Assembly (NCBI GenBank): GCA_964016885.1
Contig: OZ024745.1
Span: forward strand, 59,644,001 to 59,708,000
Direction: 5' to 3'
From: Eledone cirrhosa
Lineage: Eukaryota
Length of the DNA: 64,000 bases
A model generated the notes under the pieces. The model saw nothing but the letters and a program-made list of their open reading frames with translations. It was not told the origin of the DNA and searched no databases. Positions 40,301 to 55,000 of this stretch are shown piece after piece. Positions within the stretch are counted from its first letter, which is position 1, and each line of letters opens with the position of its first letter. The position numbers and the translations under genes were made by a program.

Positions 40301-42000
40301 TTGGAGTGAGAACCTCGATTTGGAGTGAGAACCTCGACTTGGAGTGAAAACCTCGACTTGGAGTGAGAACCTCGACTTGGAGTGAAAACCTCGACTTGGA
40401 GTGAGAACCTCGACTTGGAGTGAGAACCTCGATTTGGAGTGAGAACCTCGACTTGGAGTGAAAACCTCGATTTGGAGTGAGAATCTCGACTTGGAGTGAA
40501 AACCTCGATTTGGAGTGAAAACCTCGACTTGGAGTGAAAACCTCGACTTGGAGTGAGAACCTCGACTTGGAGTGAGAACCTCGACTTGGAGTGAGAACCT
40601 CGACTTGGAGTGAAAACCTCGACTTGGAGTGAGAACCTCGACTTGGAGTGAGAACCTCGACTTGGAGTGAGAACCTCGAGTTGGAGTGAGAACCTCGACT
40701 TGGAGTGAAAACCTCGACTTGGAGTGAGAACCTCGACTTGGAGTGAAAACCTCGACTTGGAGTGAGAACCTCGACTTGGAGTGAAAACCTCGACTTGGAG
40801 TGAGAACCTCGACTTGGAGTGAGAACCTCGACTTGGAGTGAAAACCTCGACTTGGAGTGAAAACCTCGACTTGGAGTGAGAACCTCGACTTGGAGTGAAA
40901 ACCTCGACTTGGAGTGAGAACCTCGACTTGGAGTGAAAACCTCGACTTGGAGTGAGAACCTCGCCTAGGAGTGAAAACCTCCACTTTGAGTGAGAACCTC
41001 GATTGGAGTGAAAACCTCGACTTGGAGTGAGAACCTCGACTTGGAGTGAAAACCTCGACTTGGAGTGAAAACCTCGGCTTGGAGTGAAAACCTCGACTTG
41101 GAGTGAAAACCTCGGCTTGGAGTGAAAACCTCGACTTGGAGTGAAAACCTCGACTTGGAGTGAAAACCTCGACTTGGAGTGAGAACCTCGAGTTGGAGTG
41201 AGAACCTCGACTTGGAGTGAGAACCTCGACTTGGAGTGAAAACCTCGACATGGAGTGAGAACCTCGACTTGGAGTGAAAACCTCGACATGGAGTGAAAAC
41301 CGCGACTTGGAGTGAGAACCTCGTCTTGGAGTGAAAACCTCGACTTGGAGTGAAAACCTCGACTTGGAGTGAGAACCTCGACTTGGAGTGAAAACCTCGA
41401 CTTGGAGTGAGAACCTCGCCTTGGAGTGAAAACCTCGACTTTGAGTGAGAACCTCGATTGGAGTGAAAACCTCGACTTGGAGTGAGAACCTCGACTTGGA
41501 GTGAAAACCTCGACTTGGAGTGAGAACCTCGACTTGGAGTGAAAACCTCGACTTGGAGTGAGAACCTCGACTTGGAGTGAAAACCTCGACTTGGAGTGAA
41601 AACCTCGACTTGGAGTGAAAACCTCGACTTGGAGTGAAAACCTCGACTTGGAGTGAAAACCTCGACTTGGAGTGAGAACCTCGACTTGGAGTGAAAACCT
41701 CGACTTGGAGTGAGAACCTCGACTTGGAGTGAGAACCTCGATTTGGAGTGAAAACCTCGACTTGGAGTGAAAACCTCGACTTGGAGTGAGAACCTCGACT
41801 TGGAGTGAAAACCTCGACTTGGAGTGAGAACCTCGCCTTGGAGTGAAAACCTCGACTTTGAGTGAGAACCTCGATTGGAGTGAAAACCTTGACTTGGAGT
41901 GAAAACCTCGACTTGGAGTGAGAACCTCGACTTGGAGTGAAAACCTCGACTTGGAGTGAAAACCTCGACTTGGAGTGAAAACCTCGACTTGGAGTGAAAA
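33850..42000 (+). repeat. 4,212-bp tandem block duplication
   Basis: Offset 4212 for CCTAGG 34076/38288 and 36752/40964, CAT 34363/38575 and 37039/41251, CCTTGA 34964/39176 and 37678/41890. Boundaries approximate. Confidence 0.88.
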
Positions 42001-45000
42001 CCTCGACTTGGAGTGAAAACCTCGACTTGGAGTGAAAACCTCGACTTGGAGTGAAAACCTCGACTTGGAGTGAGAACCTCGACTTGGAGTGAGAACCTCG
42101 ACTTGGAGTGAAAACCTCGACTTGGAGTGAAAACCTCGACTTGGAGTGAAAACCTCGACTTGGAGTGAGAACCTCGACTTGGAGTGAGAACCTCGACTTG
42201 GAGTGAGAACCTCGACTTGGAGTGAGAACCTCGACTTGGAGTGAGAACCTCGACTTGGAGTGAGAACCTCGACTTGGAGTGAAAACCTCGACTTGGAGTG
42301 AGAACCTCGACTTGGAGTGAAAACCTCGACTTGGAGTGAGAACCTCGACTTGGAGTGAAAACCTCGACTTGGAGTGAAAACCTCGACTTGGAGTGAGAAC
42401 CTCGACTTGGAGTGAAAACCTCGACTTGGAGTGAGAACCTCGCCTTGGAGTGAGAACCTCGACTTGGAGTGAGAACCTCGACTTGGAGTGAGAACCTCGA
42501 TTTGGAGTGAGAACCTCGACTTGGAGTGAAAACCTCGACTTGGAGTGAAAACCTCGACTTGGAGTGAAAACCTAGACTTGGAGTGAAAACCTCGATTTGG
42601 AGTGAAAACCTCGATTTGGAGTGAAAACCTCGATTTGGAGTGAAAACCTCGATTTGGAGTGAAAACCTCGACTTGGAGTGAGAACCTCGACTTGGAGTGA
42701 GAACCTCGACTTGGAGTGAAAACCTCGACTTGGAGTGAGAACCTCGACTTGGAGTGAGAACCTCGACTTGGAGTGAGAACCTCGACTTGGAGTGAAAACC
42801 TCGACTTGGAGTGAGAACCTCGACTTGGAGTGAGAACCTCGCCTTGGAGTGAAAACCTCGACTTGGAGTGAAAACCTCGACTTGGAGTGAGAACCTCGAC
42901 TTGGAGTGAAAACCTCGACTTGGAGTGAGAACCTCGACTTGGAGTGAGAACCTCGACTTGGAGTGAAAACCTCGACTTGGAGTGAAAACCTCGACTTGGA
43001 GTGAAAACCTCGACTTGGAGTGAAAACCTCGACTTGGAGTGAGAACCTCGACTTGGAGTGAAAACCTCGACTTGGAGTGAGAACCTCGACTTGGAGTGAG
43101 AACCTCGATTTGGAGTGAGAACCTCGACTTGGAGTGAAAACCTCGATTTGGAGTGAGAATCTCGACTTGGAGTGAAAACCTCGATTTGGAGTGAAAACCT
43201 CGACTTGGAGTGAAAACCTCGACTTGGAGTGAGAACCTCGACTTGGAGTGAGAACCTCGACTTGGAGTGAGAACCTCGACTTGGAGTGAAAACCTCGACT
43301 TGGAGTGAGAACCTCGACTTGGAGTGAGAACCTCGACTTGGAGTGAGAACCTCGACTTGGAGTGAAAACCTCGACTTGGAGTGAGAACCTCGACTTGGAG
43401 TGAGAACCTCGACTTGGAGTGAGAACCTCGACTTGGAGTGAAAACCTCGACTTGGAGTGAAAACCTCGACTTGGAGTGAAAACCTCGACTTGGAGTGAAA
43501 ACCTCGACTTGGAGTGAGAACCTCGACTTGGAGTGAGAACCTCGACTTGGAGTGAAAACCTCGACTTGGAGTGAAAACCTCGACTTGGAGTGAAAACCTC
43601 GACTTGGAGTGAGAACCTCGAGTTGGAGTGAGAACCTCGACTTGGAGTGAGAACCTCGACTTGGAGTGAAAACCTCGACATGGAGTGAGAACCTCGACTT
43701 GGAGTGAAAACCTCGACATGGAGTGAAAACCGCGACTTGGAGTGAGAACCTCGTCTTGGAGTGAAAACCTCGACTTGGAGTGAAAACCTCGACTTGGAGT
43801 GAGAACCTCGACTTGGAGTGAAAACCTCGACTTGGAGTGAGAACCTCGCCTTGGAGTGAAAACCTCGACTTGGAGTGAGAACCTCGCCTTGGAGTGAAAA
43901 CCTCGACTTTGAGTGAGAACCTCGATTGGAGTGAAAACCTCGACTTGGAGTGAAAACCTCGACTTGGAGTGAGAACCTCGACTTGGAGTGAAAACCTCGA
44001 CTTGGTGTGAGTACCTCGACTTGGAGTGAAAACCTCGACTTGGAGTGAAAACCTCGACTTGGAGTGAAAACCTCGACTTGGAGTGAAAACCTCGACTTGG
44101 AGTGAAAACCTCGACCTGGAGTGAGAAACTCGACTTGGAGTGAAAACCTCGACTTGGAGTGAGAACCTCGACTTGGAGTGAGAACCTCGATTTGGAGTGA
44201 AAACCTCGACTTGGAATGAAAACCTCGACTTGGAGTGAGAACCTCGACTTGGAGTGAAAACCTCGACTTGGAGTGAGAACCTCGCCTTGGAGTGAAAACC
44301 TCGACTTTGAGTGAAAACCTCGATTGGAGTGAAAACCTCAACTTGGAGTGAAAACCTCGACTTGGAGTGAGAACCTCGACTTGGAGTGAAAACCTCGACT
44401 TGGAGTGAGAACCTCGACTTGGAGTGAAAACCTCGACTTGGATTGAAAACCTCGACTTGGAGTGAAAACCTCGACTTGGAGTGAAAACCTCGACTTGGAG
44501 TGAAAACCTCGACTTGGAGTGAGAACCTCGACTTGGAGTGAAAACCTCGACTTGGAGTGAGAACCTCGCCTTGGAGTGAAAACCTCGACTTTGAGTGAGA
44601 ACCTCGATTGGAGTGAAAACCTCGACTTGGAGTGAAAACCTCGACTTGGAGTGAAAACCTCGACTTGGAGTGAGAACCTCGACTTGGAGTGAGAACCTCG
44701 ACTTGGAGTGAAAACCTCGACTTGGAGTGAAAACCTCGACTTGGAGTGAAAACCTCGACTTGGAGTGAGAACCTCGACTTGGAGTGAGAACCTCGACTTG
44801 GAGTGAGAACCTCGACTTGGAGTGAGAACCTCGACTTGGAGTGAGAACCTCGACTTGGAGTGAGAACCTCGACTTGGAGTGAAAACCTCGACTTGGAGTG
44901 AGAACCTCGCCTTGGAGTGAAAACCTCGACTTGGAGTGAAAACCTCGACTTGGAGTGAGAACCTCGACTTGGAGTGAAAACCTCGACTTGGAGTGAGAAC

Positions 45001-48000
45001 CTCGACTTGGAGTGAGAACCTCGACTTGGAGTGAAAACCTCGACTTGGAGTGAAAACCTCGACTTGGAGTGAAAACCTCGACTTGGAGTGAAAACCTCGA
45101 CTTGGAGTGAGAACCTCGACTTGGAGTGAAAACCTCGACTTGGAGTGAGAACCTCGACTTGGAGTGAGAACCTCGATTTGGAGTGAGAACCTCGACTTGG
45201 AGTGAAAACCTCGACTTGGAGTGAGAACCTCGACTTGGAGTGAAAACCTCGACTTGGAGTGAGAACCTCGACTTGGAGTGAGAACCTCGATTTGGAGTGA
45301 GAACCTCGACTTGGAGTGAAAACCTCGATTTGGAGTGAGAATCTCGACTTGGAGTGAAAACCTCGATTTGGAGTGAAAACCTCGACTTGGAGTGAAAACC
45401 TCGACTTGGAGTGAGAACCTCGACTTGGAGTGAGAACCTCGACTTGGAGTGAGAACCTCGACTTGGAGTGAAAACCTCGACTTGGAGTGAGAACCTCGAC
45501 TTGGAGTGAGAACCTCGACTTGGAGTGAGAACCTCGAGTTGGAGTGAGAACCTCGACTTGGAGTGAAAACCTCGACTTGGAGTGAGAACCTCGACTTGGA
45601 GTGAAAACCTCGACTTGGAGTGAGAACCTCGACTTGGAGTGAAAACCTCGACTTGGAGTGAGAACCTCGACTTGGAGTGAGAACCTCGACTTGGAGTGAA
45701 AACCTCGACTTGGAGTGAAAACCTCGACTTGGAGTGAGAACCTCGACTTGGAGTGAAAACCTCGACTTGGAGTGAGAACCTCGACTTGGAGTGAAAACCT
45801 CGACTTGGAGTGAGAACCTCGCCTAGGAGTGAAAACCTCCACTTTGAGTGAGAACCTCGATTGGAGTGAAAACCTCGACTTGGAGTGAGAACCTCGACTT
45901 GGAGTGAAAACCTCGACTTGGAGTGAAAACCTCGGCTTGGAGTGAAAACCTCGACTTGGAGTGAAAACCTCGGCTTGGAGTGAAAACCTCGACTTGGAGT
46001 GAAAACCTCGACTTGGAGTGAAAACCTCGACTTGGAGTGAGAACCTCGAGTTGGAGTGAGAACCTCGACTTGGAGTGAGAACCTCGACTTGGAGTGAAAA
46101 CCTCGACATGGAGTGAGAACCTCGACTTGGAGTGAAAACCTCGACATGGAGTGAAAACCGCGACTTGGAGTGAGAACCTCGTCTTGGAGTGAAAACCTCG
46201 ACTTGGAGTGAAAACCTCGACTTGGAGTGAGAACCTCGACTTGGAGTGAAAACCTCGACTTGGAGTGAGAACCTCGCCTTGGAGTGAAAACCTCGACTTT
46301 GAGTGAGAACCTCGATTGGAGTGAAAACCTCGACTTGGAGTGAGAACCTCGACTTGGAGTGAAAACCTCGACTTGGAGTGAGAACCTCGACTTGGAGTGA
46401 AAACCTCGACTTGGAGTGAAAACCTCGACTTGGAGTGAAAACCCCGACTTGGAGTGAAAACCTCGACTTGGAGTGAAAACCTCGACTTGGAGTGAGAACC
46501 TCGACTTGGAGTGAAAACCTCGACTTGGAGTGAGAACCTCGCCTTGGAGTGAAAACCTCGACTTTGAGTGAGAACCTCGATTGGAGTGAAAACCTTGACT
46601 TGGAGTGAAAACCTCGACTTGGAGTGAGAACCTCGACTTGGAGTGAAAACCTCGACTTGGAGTGAAAACCTCGACTTGGAGTGAAAACCTCGACTTGGAG
46701 TGAAAACCTCGACTTGGAGTGAAAACCTCGACTTGGAGTGAAAACCTCGACTTGGAGTGAAAACCTCGACTTGGAGTGAGAACCTCGACTTGGAGTGAGA
46801 ACCTCGACTTGGAGTGAGAACCTCGACTTGGAGTGAAAACCTCGACTTGGAGTGAAAACCTCGACTTGGAGTGAGAACCTCGACTTGGAGTGAGAACCTC
46901 GACTTGGAGTGAGAACCTCGACTTGGAGTGAGAACCTCGACTTGGAGTGAGAACCTCGACTTGGAGTGAGAACCTCGACTTGGAGTGAAAACCTCGACTT
47001 GGAGTGAGAACCTCGACTTGGAGTGAAAACCTCGACTTGGAGTGAGAACCTCGACTTGGAGTGAAAACCTCGACTTGGAGTGAAAACCTCGACTTGGAGT
47101 GAGAACCTCGACTTGGAGTGAAAACCTCGACTTGGAGTGAGAACCTCGCCTTGGAGTGAGAACCTCGACTTGGAGTGAGAACCTCGACTTGGAGTGAGAA
47201 CCTCGATTTGGAGTGAGAACCTCGACTTGGAGTGAAAACCTCGACTTGGAGTGAAAACCTCGACTTGGAGTGAAAACCTAGACTTGGAGTGAAAACCTCG
47301 ATTTGGAGTGAAAACCTCGATTTGGAGTGAAAACCTCGACTTGGAGTGAAAACCTCGATTTGGAGTGAAAACCTCGACTTGGAGTGAGAACCTCGACTTG
47401 GAGTGAGAACCTCGACTTGGAGTGAAAACCTCAACTTGGAGTGAGAACCTCGACTTGGAGTGAGAACCTCGACTTGGAGTGAGAACCTCGACTTGGAGTG
47501 AAAACCTCGACTTGGAGTGAGAACCTCGACTTGGAGTGAGAACCTCGCCTTGGAGTGAAAACCTCGACTTGGAGTGAAAACCTCGACTTGGAGTGAGAAC
47601 CTCGACTTGGAGTGAAAACCTCGACTTGGAGTGAGAACCTCGACTTGGAGTGAGAACCTCGACTTGGAGTGAAAACCTCGACTTGGAGTGAAAACCTCGA
47701 CTTGGAGTGAAAACCTCGACTTGGAGTGAAAACCTCGACTTGGAGTGAGAACCTCGACTTGGAGTGAAAACCTCGACTTGGAGTGAGAACCTCGACTTGG
47801 AGTGAGAACCTCGATTTGGAGTGAGAACCTCGACTTGGAGTGAAAACCTCGATTTGGAGTGAGAATCTCGACTTGGAGTGAAAACCTCGATTTGGAGTGA
47901 AAACCTCGACTTGGAGTGAAAACCTCGACTTGGAGTGAGAACCTCGACTTGGAGTGAGAACCTCGACTTGGAGTGAGAACCTCGACTTGGAGTGAAAACC

Positions 48001-49230
48001 TCGACTTGGAGTGAGAACCTCGACTTGGAGTGAGAACCTCGACTTGGAGTGAGAACCTCGACTTGGAGTGAGAACCTCGACTTGGAGTGAAAACCTCGAC
48101 TTGGAGTGAGAACCTCGACTTGGAGTGAGAACCTCGACTTGGAGTGAGAACCTCGACTTGGAGTGAAAACCTCGACTTGGAGTGAAAACCTCGACTTGGA
48201 GTGAAAACCTCGACTTGGAGTGAAAACCTCGACTTGGAGTGAGAACCTCGACTTGGAGTGAGAACCTCGACTTGGAGTGAAAACCTCGACTTGGAGTGAA
48301 AACCTCGACTTGGAGTGAAAACCTCGACTTGGAGTGAGAACCTCGAGTTGGAGTGAGAACCTCGACTTGGAGTGAGAACCTCGACTTGGAGTGAAAACCT
48401 CGACATGGAGTGAGAACCTCGACTTGGAGTGAAAACCTCGACATGGAGTGAAAACCGCGACTTGGAGTGAGAACCTCGTCTTGGAGTGAAAACCTCGACT
48501 TGGAGTGAAAACCTCGACTTGGAGTGAGAACCTCGACTTGGAGTGAAAACCTCGAATTGGAGTGAGAACCTCGCCTTGGAGTGAAAACCTCGACTTGGAG
48601 TGAGAACCTCGCCTTGGAGTGAAAACCTCGACTTTGAGTGAGAACCTCGATTGGAGTGAAAACCTCGACTTGGAGTGAAAACCTCGACTTGGAGTGAGAA
48701 CCTCGACTTGGAGTGAAAACCTCGACTTGGTGTGAGTACCTCGACTTGGAGTGAAAACCTCGACTTGGAGTGAAAACCTCGACTTGGAGTGAAAACCTCG
48801 ACTTGGAGTGAAAACCTCGACTTGGAGTGAAAACCTCGACCTGGAGTGAGAAACTCGACTTGGAGTGAAAACCTCGACTTGGAGTGAGAACCTCGACTTG
48901 GAGTGAGAACCTCGATTTGGAGTGAAAACCTCGACTTGGAATGAAAACCTCGACTTGGAGTGAGAACCTCGACTTGGAGTGAAAACCTCGACTTGGAGTG
49001 AGAACCTCGCCTTGGAGTGAAAACCTCGACTTTGAGTGAAAACCTCGATTGGAGTGAAAACCTCAACTTGGAGTGAAAACCTCGACTTGGAGTGAGAACC
49101 TCGACTTGGAGTGAAAACCTCGACTTGGAGTGAGAACCTCGACTTGGAGTGAAAACCTCGACTTGGATTGAAAACCTCGACTTGGAGTGAAAACCTCGAC
49201 TTGGAGTGAAAACCTCGACTTGGAGTGAAA
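41760..49230 (+). repeat. ~2.7-kb block repeated at ~4.7-kb offset (about 41.8-44.5 kb and 46.5-49.2 kb)
   Basis: Offset 4706 for CCTTGA 41890/46596 and CCTAGA 42572/47278. Offset 4725 for CAT 43681/48406, GTACC 44012/48737, GGATTG 44443/49168. Confidence 0.82.
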
Positions 49231-52049
49231 ACCTCGACTTGGAGTGAGAACCTCGACTTGGAGTGAAAACCTCGACTTGGAGTGAAAACCTCGACTTGGA
49301 GTGAGAACCTCGACTTGGAGTGAAAACCTCGACTTGGAGTGAGAACCTCGACTTGGAGTGAAAACCTCGACTTGGAGTGAGAACCTCGACTTGGAGTGAA
49401 AACCTCGACTTGGAGTGAGAACCTCGCCTTGGAGTGAAAACCTCGACTTTGAGTGAGAACCTCGATTGGAGTGAAAACCTCGACTTGGAGTGAAAACCTC
49501 GACTTGGAGTGAGAACCTCGACTTGGAGTGAAAACCTCGACTTGGAGTGAAAACCTCGACTTGGAGTGAAAACCTCGACTTGGAGTGAAAACCTCGACTT
49601 GGAGTGAAAACCTCGACTTGGAGTGAGAACCTCGACTTGGAGTGAGAACCTCGACTTGGAGTGAAAACCTCGACTTGGAGTGAAAACCTCGACTTGGAGT
49701 GAGAACCTCGACTTGGAGTGAGAACCTCGACTTGGAGTGAGAACCTCGACTTGGAGTGAGAACCTCGACTTGGAGTGAAAACCTCGACTTGGAGTGAGAA
49801 CCTCGACTTGGAGTGAAAACCTCGACTTGGAGTGAGAACCTCGACTTGGAGTGAAAACCTCGACTTGGAGTGAAAACCTCGACTTGGAGTGAGAACCTCG
49901 ACTTGGAGTGAAAACCTCGACTTGGAGTGAGAACCTCGCCTTGGAGTGAGAACCTCGACTTGGAGTGAGAACCTCGACTTGGAGTGAGAACCTCGATTTG
50001 GAGTGAGAACCTCGACTTGGAGTGAAAACCTCGACTTGGAGTGAAAACCTCGACTTGGAGTGAAAACCTCGACTTGGAGTGAAAACCTAGACTTGGAGTG
50101 AAAACCTCGATTTGGAGTGAAAACCTCGACTTGGAGTGAAAACCTCGATTTGGAGTGAAAACCTCGACTTGGAGTGAGAACCTCGACTTGGAGTGAGAAC
50201 CTCGACTTGGAGTGAAAACCTCGACTTGGAGTGAGAACCTCGACTTGGAGTGAGAACCTCGACTTGGAGTGAGAACCTCGACTTGGAGTGAAAACCTCGA
50301 CTTGGAGTGAGAACCTCGACTTGGAGTGAAAACCTCGACTTGGAGTGAGAACCTCGACTTGGAGTGAAAACCTCGACTTGGAGTGAGAACCTCGCCTTGG
50401 AGTGAAAACCTCGACTTGGAGTGAAAACCTCGACTTGGAGTGAGAACCTCGACTTGGAGTGAAAACCTCGACTTGGAGTGAGAACCTCGACTTGGAGTGA
50501 GAACCTCGACTTGGAGTGAAAACCTCGACTTGGAGTGAAAACCTCGACTTGGAGTGAAAACCTCGACTTGGAGTGAGAACCTCGACTTGGAGTGAAAACC
50601 TCGACTTGGAGTGAGAACCTCGACTTGGAGTGAGAACCTCGATTTGGAGTGAGAACCTCGACTTGGAGTGAAAACCTCGATTTGGAGTGAGAATCTCGAC
50701 TTGGAGTGAAAACCTCGATTTGGAGTGAAAACCTCGACTTGGAGTGAAAACCTCGACTTGGAGTGAGAACCTCGACTTGGAGTGAGAACCTCGACTTGGA
50801 GTGAGAACCTCGACTTGGAGTGAAAACCTCGACTTGGAGTGAGAACCTCGACTTGGAGTGAGAACCTCGACTTGGAGTGAGAACCTCGAGTTGGAGTGAG
50901 AACCTCGACTTGGAGTGAAAACCTCGACTTGGAGTGAGAACCTCGACTTGGAGTGAAAACCTCGACTTGGAGTGAGAACCTCGACTTGGAGTGAAAACCT
51001 CGACTTGGAGTGAGAACCTCGACTTGGAGTGAAAACCGCGACTTGGAGTGAGAACCTCGACTTGGAGTGAGAACCTCGACTTGGAGTGAAAACCTCGACT
51101 TGGAGTGAAAACCTCGACTTGGAGTGAGAACCTCGACTTGGAGTGAAAACCTCGACTTGGAGTGAGAACCTCGCCTAGGAGTGAAAACCTCCACTTTGAG
51201 TGAGAACCTCGATTGGAGTGAAAACCTCGACTTGGAGTGAGAACCTCGACTTGGAGTGAAAACCTCGACTTGGAGTGAGAACCTCGACTTGGAGTGAAAA
51301 CCTCGACTTGGAGTGAAAACCTCGGCTTGGAGTGAAAACCTCGACTTGGAGTGAAAACCTCGGCTTGGAGTGAAAACCTCGACTTGGAGTGAAAACCTCG
51401 ACTTGGAGTGAAAACCTCGACTTGGAGTGAGAACCTCGAGTTGGAGTGAGAACCTCGACTTGGAGTGAGAACCTCGACTTGGAGTGAAAACCTCGACATG
51501 GAGTGAGAACCTCGACTTGGAGTGAAAACCTCGACATGGAGTGAAAACCGCGACTTGGAGTGAGAACCTCGTCTTGGAGTGAAAACCTCGACTTGAAGTG
51601 AAAACCTCGACTTGGAGTGAGAACCTCGACTTGGAGTGAAAACCTCGACTTGGAGTGAGAACCTCGCCTTGGAGTGAAAACCTCGACTTTGAGTGAGAAC
51701 CTCGATTGGAGTGAAAACCTCGACTTGGAGTGAGAACCTCGACTTGGAGTGAAAACCTCGACTTGGAGTGAGAACCTCGACTTGGAGTGAAAACCTCGAC
51801 TTGGAGTGAAAACCTCGACTTGGAGTGAAAACCTCGACTTGGAGTGAAAACCTCGACTTGGAGTGAAAACCTCGACTTGGAGTGAGAACCTCGACTTGGA
51901 GTGAAAACCTCGACTTGGAGTGAGAACCTCGACTTGGAGTGAGAACCTCGATTTGGAGTGAAAACCTCGACTTGGAGTGAAAACCTCGACTTGGAGTGAG
52001 AACCTCGACTTGGAGTGAAAACCTCGACTTGGAGTGAGAACCTCGCCTT

Positions 52050-55000
52050 GGAGTGAAAACCTCGACTTTGAGTGAGAACCTCGATTGGAGTGAAAACCTC
52101 GACTTGGAGTGAAAACCTCGACTTGGAGTGAGAACCTCGACTTGGAGTGAAAACCTCGACTTGGAGTGAAAACCTCGACTTGGAGTGAAAACCTCGACTT
52201 GGAGTGAAAACCTCGACTTGGAGTGAAAACCTCGACTTGGAGTGAAAACCTCGACTTGGAGTGAAAACCTCGACTTGGAGTGAGAACCTCGACTTGGAGT
52301 GAGAACCTCGACTTGGAGTGAAAACCTCGACTTGGAGTGAAAACCTCGACTTGGAGTGAAAACCTCGACTTGGAGTGAGAACCTCGACTTGGAGTGAGAA
52401 CCTCGACTTGGAGTGAGAACCTCGACTTGGAGTGAGAACCTCGACTTGGAGTGAGAACCTCGACTTGGAGTGAAAACCTCGACTTGGAGTGAGAACCTCG
52501 ACTTGGAGTGAAAACCTCGACTTGGAGTGAGAACCTCGACTTGGAGTGAAAACCTCGACTTGGAGTGAAAACCTCGACTTGGAGTGAGAACCTCGACTTG
52601 GAGTGAAAACCTCGACTTGGAGTGAGAACCTCGCCTTGGAGTGAGAACCTCGACTTGGAGTGAGAACCTCGACTTGGAGTGAGAACCTCGATTTGGAGTG
52701 AGAACCTCGACTTGGAGTGAAAACCTCGACTTGGAGTGAAAACCTCGACTTGGAGTGAAAACCTAGACTTGGAGTGAAAACCTCGATTTGGAGTGAAAAC
52801 CTCGACTTGGAGTGAAAACCTCGATTTGGAGTGAAAACCTCGACTTGGAGTGAGAACCTCGACTTGGAGTGAGAACCTCGACTTGGAGTGAAAACCTCGA
52901 CTTGGAGTGAGAACCTCGACTTGGAGTGAGAACCTCGACTTGGAGTGAGAACCTCGACTTGGAGTGAAAACCTCGACTTGGAGTGAGAACCTCGCCTTGG
53001 AGTGAAAACCTCGACTTGGAGTGAGAACCTCGCCTTGGAGTGAAAACCTCGACTTTGAGTGAGAACCTCGATTGGAGTGAAAACCTCGACTTGGAGTGAA
53101 AACCTCGACTTGGAGTGAGAACCTCGACTTGGAGTGAAAACCTCGACTTGGAGTGAGTACCTCGACTTGGAGTGAAAACCTCGACTTGGAGTGAAAACCT
53201 CGACTTGGAGTGAAAACCTCGACTTGGAGTGAAAACCTCGACTTGGAGTGAAAACCTCGACTTGGAGTGAGAAACTCGACTTGGAGTGAAAACCTCGACT
53301 TGGAGTGAGAACCTCGACTTGGAGTGAGAACCTCGATTTGGAGTGAAAACCTCGACTTGGAGTGAAAACCTCGACTTGGAGTGAGAACCTCGACTTGGAG
53401 TGAAAACCTCGACTTGGAGTGAGAACCTCGCCTTGGAGTGAAAACCTCGACTTTGAGTGAAAACCTCGATTGGAGTGAAAACCTCAACTTGGAGTGAAAA
53501 CCTCGACTTGGAGTGAGAACCTCGACTTGGAGTGAAAACCTCGACTTGGAGTGAGAACCTCGACTTGGAGTGAAAACCTCGACTTGGATTGAAAACCTCG
53601 ACTTGGAGTGAAAACCTCGACTTGGAGTGAAAACCTCGACTTGGAGTGAAAACCTCGACTTGGAGTGAGAACCTCGACTTGGAGTGAGAACCTCGACTTG
53701 GAGTGAAAACCTCGACTTGGAGTGAGAACCTCGACTTGGAGTGAAAACCTCGACTTGGAGTGAGAACCTCGACTTGGAGTGAAAACCTCGACTTGGAGTG
53801 AGAACCTCGCCTTGGAGTGAAAACCTCGACTTTGAGTGAGAACCTCGATTGGAGTGAAAACCTCGACTTGGAGTGAAAACCTCGACTTGGAGTGAGAACC
53901 TCGACTTGGAGTGAAAACCTCGACTTGGAGTGAAAACCTCGACTTGGAGTGAAAACCTCGACTTGGAGTGAAAACCTCGACTTGGAGTGAAAACCTCGAC
54001 TTGGAGTGAAAACCTCGACTTGGAGTGAAAACCTCGACTTGGAGTGAGAACCTCGACTTGGAGTGAAAACCTCGACTTGGAGTGAGAACCTCGACTTGGA
54101 GTGAGAACCTCGACTTGGAGTGAAAACCTCGACTTGGAGTGAAAACCTCGACTTGGAGTGAGAACCTCGACTTGGAGTGAGAACCTCGACTTGGAGTGAG
54201 AACCTCGACTTGGAGTGAGAACCTCGACTTGGAGTGAAAACCTCGACTTGGAGTGAGAACCTCGACTTGGAGTGAAAACCTCGACTTGGAGTGAGAACCT
54301 CGACTTGGAGTGAAAACCTCGACTTGGAGTGAGAACCTCGACTTGGAGTGAAAACCTCGACTTGGAGTGAAAACCTCGACTTGGAGTGAGAACCTCGACT
54401 TGGAGTGAAAACCTCGACTTGGAGTGAGAACCTCGCCTTGGAGTGAGAACCTCGACTTGGAGTGAGAACCTCGACTTGGAGTGAGAACCTCGATTTGGAG
54501 TGAGAACCTCGACTTGGAGTGAAAACCTCGACTTGGAGTGAAAACCTCGACTTGGAGTGAAAACCTAGACTTGGAGTGAAAACCTCGATTTGGAGTGAAA
54601 ACCTCGACTTGGAGTGAAAACCTCGATTTGGAGTGAAAACCTCGACTTGGAGTGAGAACCTCGACTTGGAGTGAGAACCTCGACTTGGAGTGAAAACCTC
54701 GACTTGGAGTGAGAACCTCGACTTGGAGTGAGAACCTCGACTTGGAGTGAGAACCTCGACTTGGAGTGAAAACCTCGACTTGGAGTGAGAACCTCGACTT
54801 GGAGTGAGAACCTCGCCTTGGAGTGAAAACCTCGACTTTGAGTGAGAACCTCGATTGGAGTGAAAACCTCGACTTGGAGTGAAAACCTCGACTTGGAGTG
54901 AGAACCTCGACTTGGAGTGAAAACCTCGACTTGGAGTGAGTACCTCGACTTGGAGTGAAAACCTCGACTTGGAGTGAAAACCTCGACTTGGAGTGAAAAC

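Noticed and set aside
1450-41251. Three 1-bp deletions per HOR as selection to preserve a reading frame
   Set aside because: Unit lengths (e.g. 4139, 3455, 1954, 2866) are mostly not multiples of 3 and all minus frames are equivalent anyway. Shared ancestry of a three-cassette core explains the pattern.
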